NCBI GenBank assembly: GCA_026914245.1
Contig: CP110439.1
Location: 8,618,001 to 8,682,000, forward strand
DNA from: Puccinia triticina
Taxonomy: Eukaryota
Direction of reading: 5' to 3'
Length of the DNA stretch: 64,000 nt
The position numbers and the translations under genes were made by a program. The notes beneath the pieces are model-generated. The model made no database searches, was not told where the DNA came from, and saw only the letters and a program-made list of their open reading frames with translations. Shown one piece after another: positions 34,503-45,096 of the stretch (position 1 is its first letter; every line of letters begins with the position of its first letter).

Positions 34503-36329
34503 GTTTTCTGTGGATCAAGAGCCTGGAAGAGGTGGTGGTGATGGCCGAAGTGATGTGGTGGTGATATAGGCTGCGGATGATTGGTGGAGCAGTTGAGTGA
34601 AGGTGATGGGGGGAGGCGGGAGGGCGAAGCGGATTAAGGGAAAGGGGGATAGGGTGCGTTGATGATGGGCAGCGGAGCTGAAGGGGATGACAAAGGATGG
34701 TTGAACTTTGAAGTTGTGGATGTTAGATTTGATTTAAGATATAAAGCACAAAGCCTGTAATGTTGTGCGTGTATATCCTGATGCAGGCAGAAGCGATGGA
34801 AGATTAATGTAATAAATTAGTGTAATAAGTATTTATGTATATTCAAGGGCAGGTGTAGAACGTTCTGGTCAATCCAAAACAAGTTTTGAAAAATGGCACC
34901 GGGCCAGGTTGACATGCAATTGGAAATTGGCTGTGATGAGTGCGGGGAAGATGCTTGGTCACAGCAGGTGCGTCTTATATGGGGCCTCATGGTCCCAGGG
35001 CTCTCCTGGGGGAAGACAAGACTTGTGAATGTTTGGCTTTACCATGAACTCAAACAACCAGAAGAGGATTGATTGTGGAGGATAATCACAATGCTCGGCT
35101 TCACCTACCAGGCCGGAAAGCCGATGTGGTCATCATACGCTTTGGTTAGTGGCTCTTTTTTTCCGAGGTAAGTATGTAAAGTGTTTTTTTCCGTGGGCTT
35201 GGTATCTAACGTTACTTGGACGGTTTGGGAATTACTTAGGGTTTATTCAACCCGGCGTCCACTCCCACTTCAACACATCAACGACCTCATGCCAATCATT
35301 TGAGTATTCTATTTTCTCTCCCATCGACTTGTCCTTGCTCTAAAGCTCTTTCTCACATTCTCACATTCTTCCATAACCCTCAACCTTACTGTCCTATATT
35401 CCTCTTTTTGTCTCTTATCATCACCTTACTGTTATACTCCCACTTGTGATTGTACTCTTAGGTATGAACAAGAGCCTCCTTTTTTTCTCTATTCACTCAA
35501 TTTTATTATGAGACATTTTCTCAAGCAGTTACGTTACAGTACATTACAGGGGCCCTTTTGGATACCACAACTTTTTTTTAGTTACCCAAATGGTCCATTT
35601 GAGTAACATGCCTTTTTTTTGGTAATGTAATGTAATGTAATGTAACATGAACATGACCTTTATTATTTTTGGATAACATACCTGCTAAGTTTTGTAACAT
35701 ATTTGCAAAACATAGTTACATTTGCATAATGAGTTTAGCTTACACTACAGGCAGACAGCTTTTGCTCCCTTGTGCAGCATCACCTAATTTTGGTGACTGC
35801 AGTAGCTGCGCAAGTGACACTGCATGTGGGAACCTCACCTGTTTACCTGTAGTGTTTGTAGTGTTAGTGTTTAAGCCTTGCCTCTTGCGTTACCCAAATT
35901 TGGCCAAAAATCTAATGTAACCCAGTTTGTTTAAACTATCCTGGTATTGTCACTAGGAGAAAAAGGCCCACTTTTTCTCTGATGGATATTGTAACTAAAA
36001 TTAAAATATCTGTAACTGATGGTTAACATACCCTTTAAGATTATGTTACAGTTACATTCCCAATTACTGGTAACATAACGGTCCACCCTTGCTTTTCTGA
36101 TGAAAGATCAATGCTCTTAGTCTCTTTGCGCCATAAGTTGAATTTCAGATAGATAAGTGATGGTTACAAAATAGTCTCTGTATGAGTAATTATTAAAATT
36201 TCGTGTCATCTATGTGATCATTAGGGTTGTTTGTTGGATATCTCAACCAATCTTAGACACAGATCAATGCCTCAAAAATTGGTACACTGAGTGGACTTCT
36301 GAAGTCATCAAGAATCCAATCACACACTG

Positions 36330-37282
36330 TGTCAGCCACAGAGTACATGTCAAAGTACCTTACACGTACCAAGTGCCTGCAATTATTCACATTACATATA
36401 GTACATTCCTTTTACACCTTTATTACATATGTATATTATTAGATACAAGCTTAAGAATGCACTCTTGTTATACATGACATTACAGAAAACCATAGTTAAA
36501 TATAGTTACTCCAATGTACTGTTGTTATAAGAGTTAAGTTCCGTGCAAACAGTAAGATTACAATATACTGTAACATTACTGTACACGTGAAATACCCCCA
36601 AGACAGGTATCACTCGTTTATCCCCTGTTACACCTCATTCCCTAATTACATAACATATTGATTATGATATAAATACATAAACAATACATGATGTAATCTA
36701 ATTCAAAAGAGCACTGAATGGAATCACTGATTCCTATGATCAGCTAGTGTACACAGCTACTGATCTAGGATCAGTGCTGATCATTACACTGCCCTAATAA
36801 TTTCCAATGTTGATCCTCATGAGGATCTGCTTCCTTGGAGCCCTTCCAGTTCCCCCCTGGTCCTGAAGCGCCTCCCAGCGCCTCAAATCCCCTCCTGCTC
36901 TTTTCCCTCTATATAAACACGCCCCCCAGGACTGTTTATCCCTCAGAATATTATTACAGCAAAGTTTAACCCATACTCTAGTTAAACAGGGCTTTCATTC
37001 TCACCCATCTTTCAATTAAGGAAGAACATCAACTCTTCATTACCCTTACCTTTTTGGAGGTAAAACCACAAACCCAAGTTGAGTTATTCCTTGGATGCCT
37101 ATTAACACCTTGTGTTGATCTGGATGCTCCTTCATTGAGCAAGCCTCTTAGTCAAGATTACTGATAGAGTGAAACCTTTTACAGGTCTTGCCATGAACCC
37201 TTTTGCCCATCCTTGGCATCTTACGCTATCATCTTGCTAGTAACAACCCTCTCAGACACGGTTAGTTACCTTAAGGCTGACA
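36330..37282. mobile_element. Solo LTR, 953 bp
   Basis: TGTCAGCC...GGCTGACA ends; 5-bp TSD CACTG (36325-36329, 37283-37287); internal TATATAAA. Confidence 0.9.
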
Positions 37283-38269
37283 CACTGAGAAAGCCAGTTC
37301 TGAAGCTACAGAGTTCATTGGTACCATCAGCACTGCAGTTTGGAGAGATGAGGTAGTTCAGCCTGGTTGGTTTTCCACAAGTCAAGGATTTTAAAGTGGT
37401 TTCTCTTGGGAACTATCACAGTGGGTTTCTTGAGGGAAAGATCAAGCTCAGATTTCACAGAAAAGGCATGGCATTCAGCAGAAGTCAGAAATACATGGAA
37501 TCAGTCGTTGTTGTGATTATCATCAAGAGGGTTTTGTAAAGTATCTGCATTCACAGCCTTTTCTAGGAAATTCAATTTTTCACGTTTGGGTGCATAGCTA
37601 GGGAAATAGGAGGAATTGAATAAAACTTCTCTAATTCCAAAAAGAGAGGCAGTTGCAATGATACAATCAGCAATGGTTGATCATCCACCAGGACCACAAC
37701 AGTGTAAAAAAACTTAACTACGTCGTAGAGCCTATTGGGTTCTTGCACCTTCTGGATCCGCGGCTTGGCCAGCGGGTACACCTCATCAACACCGGGATGT
37801 GTGTTCTTTGGTGAGCACCTGCCCATCAGGAAGTATTTCACTATGGAGAAGTCTGTACCAGCTAGCCAAGAAAGGCTGCTTTCGGCGGACGGCAGGGAAG
37901 TGTATTGGCTGGCCGGACAACAGAAGGTGTCTTGGCTTGCCAGGCCTGGGGGGAATATTGCTCCTCGCAAGTCACCTTCTAGTCTCCATGCTCGCCAAGG
38001 TTGCTCCCCGGCAACCACCTGCACATACATGCTTGCCGAGGATGATTACTTCCCACCAGGTAGAATTTGCGATGCTTGTACATGCCTGCCGAGGAAACTG
38101 GCCATCAAATGGAGTACATACTCCCTTCTCCACTTCATGACTGCTTACATTGGCGGCCATCAAGAGGGGTTGCTGAAACCCGAGGAGGCATTCTTGTGCC
38201 GGGCAGGCAAAATGTAGACTTCAAACACCTTTTGCAAGCTTCTTTGAAAGAGTAAGGCTGGGTGGGACA

Positions 38270-38923
38270 TAAGGATCGCCAAGTGAACCCGGGTACCCGC
38301 GGCGGGTGCGGGTACCGCCGCTGTTTTTAGCAAATCTGGACACCCGCGATCCCACCCGGCACCCGCGGGCGGGTACCGCGGGTGTTTTTCGCGGGTACCG
38401 CGGGTACTTGCATGGAAGAAATGTGCCTTCTCAATGACCAATGTGTGCCGGTCATTGAGAGGGAGGTGTGCCTTCTTGATGACCGGTGTGGGCCGGTCAT
38501 TGAGAGGGAGGGTGCCTTCTTGATGGGCGGTGTGTGCCGGTCATCAAGAGGGCTGAGTAAGACCCTCTCAATGACTGACCTCTACCGGTCATCAAGAGGG
38601 TTGTGCACCTTCTTGATGACCGATGTGTGCCGGTAATCGAGAGGGAGGTGTGCCTTCTCGATGACCGGTGTGTGCCGGTCATCGAGGGGGTTGTGTAGCC
38701 CTCTCGATGACCAGCACCGACCGGTCATTGAGGGCCTCAAGAGGTGCTGCGGCACCTTGATCCAAAATACAGTGGCGGGTGTTGACCACGGGTACCCGGG
38801 TACCTGGGTTTTTTTTTGCCAAATTCCAACACCCGCACCCGCACCCGGCACCCGCGGGCGGGTACCCGCCGTAAGGCCGCGGGTGCCGGGTACCGCCAAA
38901 CGGGTATCACTTGGCAATCCTTA
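38270..38923. mobile_element. hAT-type non-autonomous element with internal GATGACCGG tandem array
   Basis: TIR TAAGGATCGCCAAGTGA / TCACTTGGCAATCCTTA; 8-bp TSD GTGGGACA/GTGGGGCA; GGGTACCC subterminal repeats. Confidence 0.9.
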
Positions 38924-39896
38924 GTGGGGCAATCATTGAAAGATCAGCAATGTGTAGGTTCTCAGGCCATTTTTTTTTGCAAATAAAGAAGTTTTATTTG
39001 GGGGTGCAGGAAATAGTCCAAAAGAATTCTCTGTTGTGAGCTATTTGGAATTTACCTTCCTCTTGACTGAGTTTGATCTTGTTGCAAGAGTAATAATAGA
39101 TGAAGTCAAGTTTTTATTGTGGATCAAAAACTATTGCTAGGGAAGCATAATTTTGCATGTGGTGCCAATACTTGTTGATCTTTGCAAGCATAGGTTTGGC
39201 AGAGAGTTCTATCTATTTTAGAGTGTTTTATCTTTGAGCTTTACTGATGTATTTTCCAGATTTTTCATTATCCTCAAGACCAAGTTCAAGGTTGGGTACT
39301 GAGTACCAGAGAGGTCCGCAGTAGCTTTTTGTCAGAAATAAGGAAGAGAAGAAGATTTAATGTTTGATCTTTTTGATCTTTCTTTAATCCTGACTGAAAG
39401 AGATCTCACCCTTCTGAAAAATCCTCAAGAAGTCTTGCATATTTCTCAATTGCACCCATTCAGCGGGGGTGGGATATGAATCATAACCTGATTCAGTCAT
39501 ACATTACATAGACAGCTTTTCAAATGCTAGATTGAATGGCAAAGCTGAGTTGGGAGGTAACCCTTTACAGACAAAAGGTTTCTGCCTAAGATTCTCCGGG
39601 TTGGAAACTCCTGATGCAAGATCAGGAGTTTTTTGCACTTTGGGGGTGTTCAAACTAGAGCCCCCAGGTTGGTGTTTTTGGAAGTGAAAATCTTTCCTGA
39701 AAATTGGACCTGGGCAGCCTGATTTTAACTTTGAAACCCCCTAATGGGCTATCTTTTGGGCTGAGCCCTGTGACATGGCACCCCAGTGCAACAAAACATT
39801 TCAAAAAGTCTTCCAGGCTCCTGAACCCATTTAGATTGTAAGTGAGCTGTGGCACTGGAATCCACTGAGTTCAACCCATGAATTCCACAGGTAAAT

Positions 39897-40565
39897 CAAA
39901 CTTAACTAAGTCCCTCTCTTGCCTGAGGCTTTGCCGGAGGGACTTATGACTAATCTGCAATGTTCACATGAGAGATATTTTTGATTTGGTGGTGTTTTCC
40001 TTTGAGCCACCAAAACTCAACCTTGACAATCTCAAACCTTCTAAGTTTCTGGCGGATGGTACACCTGCATCTTCCCCTCCTTTTGATATAATTTCAGACT
40101 CCCTTACCTGCATCTTCATCCTTATTTTTTTTTTTAAAAACATCCATTTCCTCAAAATTCTTACGACTTCCACCGGATCAGAAAATAACTGTCCGTGCGC
40201 AGCCATCTCAAGGTCTATTTGCTAGATGGTTGGGTCTGTGCGCTACGCAAATCCAAATGAAATCAAGATGAGATGGAGTGATGTGATGAACATCACAATT
40301 GTTTTGTTTTTATTCTGATTTTTGAAATAATTTTTTATAGATGGCTGAGCTACATGCAAGAGATATAAAACACATGATAATCATCCTGAGATGGATGCTA
40401 TTCAGTAAAAATGGATCTCGTGTGTGGGGGTTGAGAATTGAATGAGCAGTGAGGATTATAACAATCAGGGTGGTCAATTATCCGGACCTCTCACGCAAAC
40501 ATTGCAGATTAGTCAAAAGTCCCTCCGGCAAAGCCTCAGGCGAGAGAGGGACTTAGTTAAGTTCG
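39897..40565. mobile_element. Non-autonomous element of the CTTAAC-terminus family with long TIRs
   Basis: About 68-bp TIR CAAACTTAACTAAGTCCCTCTC...; perfect 9-bp TSD CAGGTAAAT (39888-39896, 40566-40574). Confidence 0.93.
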
Positions 40566-41165
40566 CAGGTAAATGGGGTGTCATCATCTACCCAGGTCAA
40601 TAAATTCTTTCACTGTTCACTCATAATTCTTATAACCCGCAGTAAAATGAGTCACCCAGCACTAAGGGTTAATAGTGAGTGACTGTACATGACTTAACTC
40701 TAGTGCTCTATTGATACATGGTCGAAGTTTTTTACCAAGTTGAATCTCACTTGGTTTATTTTAAAGTGTGTTTGTCGTACTTTTCAAAGGGAACAAAGGA
40801 ATCTCAAACAGATAATGGGTAATAAAGCGTGTTCCTTCCGGACATTAATAATCATAAGGATTGATCAAGATAAAATAAGATAAGATGGAGGGTTTTTTTT
40901 TTTTTTTTTTTTGGGGGGGGGGGCTCAAGAGGAAATGTATTAGAGCTTTACAAAACTAGTGAAAGAAACAGACGTTCCTAAAGATGGTTGGAGAGGTTGT
41001 CATCACTGGAACTGGGGTTGGGGATTCGTATTAAGGGACATTGATGACTTGTTACTGAAGCAAGCGGATTGAGAAAATTAGTCGATAGGCTGAGTGTCGG
41101 TAGAACTGGTCATAACTGGTGATACTTTTGTGCGAAGATTTAGGAGACGTAGGCAGTCAATGTTA

Positions 41166-42167
41166 TCAAGCTTGGTCGGGTCTGATTGAGATCTGATAAA
41201 GGGGGGGAATGAGTTGATTAGCAAAGCGCGAAAAGGAGAGGATGGGAGGACAGCTGCTCACGTTCTCAAAAAAATGGGAGTTGAAAACGGGGCTAGAGGT
41301 TTCAAGAGGCGGGCTCCAGCCACCCTGTAATCCGGTGAAAGCCTCGGTGACCTCGGCCAAAGGAGACATCTGGAGTGAATTGGTGAGCTTGAACTCGGCT
41401 GTCTGCTCATCGTCGCAATGGCCCTCGTCTGCGACGAATACTGGCATGGTGAACGCGCTCGGCATTTTCGGCGCTCCGGGACAGGCAGCGTTTGGCGGGA
41501 GGGGGTCGAGTATTTCGAGGGCAGAATTTTCGTCATTGGCTTGAAGAGCTTCAAGCTTGGAGACCAGTTCATCTAAGCCATCGTCGATGGCCTGTGGGAG
41601 AGTGGTTGGCTGGCTGGCATTCTCACTTTCTGGGCAGTAGATGTGGGAGCTGAGGCGTTTCGTCGGTTGGGTGTGAGATGCGGCGGTTTTGGATTGGTTC
41701 TTGGTTCCCTTGACGGACCGGGAATGTGGGGTTGTACGTGGCTTAGATAGTTCGGTCTTGATAGGGTGAAGCAGCGTAGATTTTCCCAGGGATGAACCGC
41801 AAGGGGCAAAGGGTATTTTGGAGTCCCATTTCTCGACGCAGTTCACGCGAGCTGAAGCTGAGGCGGTTTTGTCGCCTAGGACGCGTGAGCGGGTATAGGA
41901 TCGATTGGTTTGACGCGGGGCTGCGATGGTCCTGTTGTCCAGTTCTGGGACCTGGTTCTCCTTGTTATTCACGACGGGGTGTGAAACGGTGCCTGACTTG
42001 TGTGCTCTGAGGTTGGAAGGGTCGACGGAGGGGGCGGCTTCCTCGATGTCATCATCACAGAAAATTCGGAAGACAGCTTTCCGAGTAGCTCTACGCGAGG
42101 GGCCGGAAATTGACGATGTAGGGTTTAGCGTCGACAATGGAAATTGGGAACGCGTTTGGCTGCACAT
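41166..42167 (-). CDS. Disordered protein with ABBA-like, KEN and degenerate D-box motifs (possible APC/C substrate or inhibitor)
   Basis: 333-aa ORF containing FRIFCDD, NNKENQ and SRVLGD; probable short in-frame intron near the 3' end. Confidence 0.65.
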   Translation of the reverse strand: MCSQTRSQFPLSTLNPTSSISGPSRRATRKAVFRIFCDDDIEEAAPSVDPSNLRAHKSGTVSHPVVNNKENQVPELDNRTIAAPRQTNRSYTRSRVLGDKTASASARVNCVEKWDSKIPFAPCGSSLGKSTLLHPIKTELSKPRTTPHSRSVKGTKNQSKTAASHTQPTKRLSSHIYCPESENASQPTTLPQAIDDGLDELVSKLEALQANDENSALEILDPLPPNAACPGAPKMPSAFTMPVFVADEGHCDDEQTAEFKLTNSLQMSPLAEVTEAFTGLQGGWSPPLETSSPVFNSHFFENVSSCPPILSFSRFANQLIPPLYQISIRPDQA

Positions 42168-42540
42168 GATGAAAGAATTTGTCTGTTAGGGAGGTGTCAA
42201 GATGAGGGGTGGTCTAGATAAGGCAAGAATGGTAAGGGTAAGTAATGTAAGTTCGGGAAATATGTAAATAGGTATACTTGGTGATGGGGGATTCTTCGTC
42301 GTGGGGTAGGGAAGGGAGGCCGGTTAATTCAGCTAGCCCAGCCCAGAAGAGCTTGCGACCTTGGCCGCAAACTCTGAGAGTTTGTGCCGCAGCGGCAAGA
42401 GTTTTCCGCAGCTGTTGACAGCCGTGCGCGCGGACCGTGCTCGGGGGATCCCGGGGGGGGCCCGCAGGAAGGCTGCCTACCACCGATCCACATACCACCA
42501 ACCCACCGCCGTCGAATCACCACCACCATCAAATCCATAC

Positions 42541-43180
42541 ATCTCCCCTCCACCGCCAAATCCACCCCAGCAGCCAAGGATCATTGAAACAATCTCATCC
42601 GGCCATTGGAACAATCCAAAACAGGTGAGTTGGTTACCATCAGTGTTATAGAGAGCACGCAAGCCTGACTCTTATGCCGATATTGATTACTTCCGCTCCT
42701 CTTGGCAGGAATCAATCGAGATGGGACTGGTGCGGTTTATCGGTTCGATCCGGTGGGAAGTTATGAGCAAGAAAGATGCAGGCTAGTCCAGCCGTTTTTG
42801 GACAACCAGGTGAGAAGGGTTTTGCAAGGGGGAGGCTATAGACTCCTATATATATACAATCATGTGATATCTCTTGAGAAATTGACTGCTTGTCTTGTAC
42901 TCTGCAAATTCTTTTTAAAAACCCGGGTCAGGTTGGAGGAAAGAACATGACTCGTGATCCGTCCGGCCCAGCTCCTCCACCCGAGCCGGTCTACGCCCAA
43001 GGCAAATCTCACCCTCCCCCTTGATCACAATTGCCGTTGGAGAAGGTTGAAGCCTTGGTCACGGACGCGTTCACTTGCGCGGCTGAGAGACATATTGAAT
43101 TTGGTGACGGCTTGGAGATCTTTGTCATTGAGCCCACAAAAGGCGTCCGTGTGATCCGTAAGGAACTCAAGAGAGATTAG
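42541..43180 (+). pseudogene. PRE7: Proteasome subunit beta-6 pseudogene
   Basis: GAVYRFDPVGSYEQERCR, VQPFLDNQ, DAFTCAAERHIEFGDGLEIF and KELKRD* are present. The N-terminal core exons and the AAGAA segment are missing, and there is a premature TGA at 43022-43024. Confidence 0.9.
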
Positions 43181-43349
43181 TTTCTTTGGGCTCTAGCTTG
43201 TATTTCTCATCTTTTCTAGCCCCGATATCTTTTGACTCAAAATGAGAATCATTAATTATCCTTGTGATTGAGTCTTCTTGGCTCACAAATCCTTTGATAG
43301 CTGTGATAGCTGTTGGCCGAGGCTCTAAGTCAAGCCAAAATGGGGCTTT

Positions 43350-44259
43350 CCAGGACCCCGGCAAGCCCCTACTAGACACCCTTACGTGATACCCCGGGAA
43401 TTTGCCATTTTGAAACGGCTGTAGTTTTGATTTTTTGGAGAGAACCAACTGTTTGAAACCAACTACGTCAGTATGTTAAATTTTGCAAATTTTGGAATAG
43501 TGGATTTAAAAAAGTTACATAAGTAACATCTGCAGCCATTTTTGGGGGTTTTGGATAAGAAAAGTGCAAAATTGATGTTCTGGTTATCATTGCTGATGTA
43601 TTGATTAAAATCAACAAAAAATCACTTTTAGAAGCCTTTCAGACCTTCCTCAACCCTTATAATGTAACATGGGAGCAGGAGAGAACAGGTAGGAACTAAT
43701 AGCTGGGGGTTTCAAAGTAGACCTGCGCGTGCATGCAGGTCACTTTGCATAACCCAGTTTTCCAGGGAGACTGCAAGTCAACGTTCAACATTTGAGTTGA
43801 ACACCGGCTTGCCTTGCCTTGCAAGTGGCATGCGCGGGTCTACTTTGAAGCCCGCTAATAGAGGATTTCAAAGTAGACCCGCGCGTACATGCAGGTCACT
43901 TTGCATAACCCAGTTTTGCGGGAAGACTGCAAGTCAACGTTAAACATTTGAGTTGAACACCGGCTTGCCTTGCCTTGCAAGTGGCATGCGTGGGTCTACT
44001 TTGAATCCCGCTAATATGTATGCACACTATGTTTGCACCTTAGGCTTTAAGCACAAAAACAAATTGAAACAAAACACGTAAGTATGTCATTTTTTCCCTT
44101 GGAAGGGAAGACCAGATTGAAACAGGGTACGTCAGTATGTCCCAGAACTGTCCATTTGAAACAAGTTTCACAGGTTTACGTAAGTATCATTTTTGCCAAA
44201 ACAATCATTTTGAAACAATTTACGTAAGGGTGTCTAGTAGGGGCTTGCTGGGATCCTGG
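43350..44259. mobile_element. TIR DNA element of uncertain superfamily
   Basis: About 38-bp TIR CCAGGACCCCGGCAAGCCCCTACTAGACACCCTTACGT; GGCTTTCC on both flanks overlaps the TIR, so the TSD could be 4, 6 or 8 bp. Confidence 0.85.
43696..44016. repeat. Head-to-tail dimer of a ~155-bp hairpin MITE
   Basis: Two near-identical units (TTTCAAAGTAGACC...GGTCTACTTTGAA) delimited by CTAATA at 43696, 43855 and 44011. Confidence 0.85.
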
Positions 44260-45096
44260 CTTTCCACCTTCTTATTATATGTCACCACCCTTTTTTCAGT
44301 TGTCCAACGGTATTATCCTAAAATCTACCTCACATACTCAGCAACTCAACACCTCCAAACCCCTTCCCTCTATCCCCGTTTGCAATTCACAAGAGCACTA
44401 GCCCCGCTCTCCCCCCCCTATTCCCTCCATCAACCCTTCAGCGCTTACCAGTCTCATCTACCCATGCCAAACCCCGTGCTCCCGCAGGGCAGAGGCCCTG
44501 CAACCGGTAACAACATGACCCACGTGGACATGTACGTTACTGAGGGCTCCCTGCCCAAGGTCAATAACCAACTAGCGGAGAAACTCAATCATCTGATTGA
44601 TACTCTTGTACCTAGATTGGAAAGTCTCAAGAGGGCTGTCTCCGGACAGGCCTCAAATTCTTCTGGAGCAGCTCGCGCAGACTCCTTCAACACCCTGTTA
44701 GTGAGGATTGAGGAGATTGCAGCCAATATGGTCATATTAGATAAGAAGGTAGAGACCATGTTGCTCCCGACTTCTTCTAACATGATGGACCAAGCGGCCG
44801 TGAGACCAGGCAACCTACCCCCCAGGCCAGTTCCTCTCTACTCAGAGAAGGCCGCTAAGGCACCAAACCTTAGCGTGCCAAAGAACCTACCACCGGTCCC
44901 CCCCTCCTTGTACATCAACAGGTTTAAGCTAGGCCAAGTGGTGATCAGAAAAAGGTTTGATCAACCAAAGCCTTTTGAAGGTCTGACAGCAGCGGTGATC
45001 TGTCAAAAAATCAATGAGGCGCTATCCTTTGCGGGTGCCACGATTGATAACAAAACCATTAAGGTAAAGGCGGTGTGAGAATGAAAGCTGCTTAGT

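Noticed and set aside
35520..36085. GTTAC/GTAAC-rich stretch resembling the MITE at 30427
   Set aside because: Too degenerate to define termini or a TSD.
37572..38255. Overlapping ORFs of 113-160 aa on both strands
   Set aside because: No recognisable motifs; the sequence looks like decayed repeat with recurring GCTTGCCGAGG-like words.
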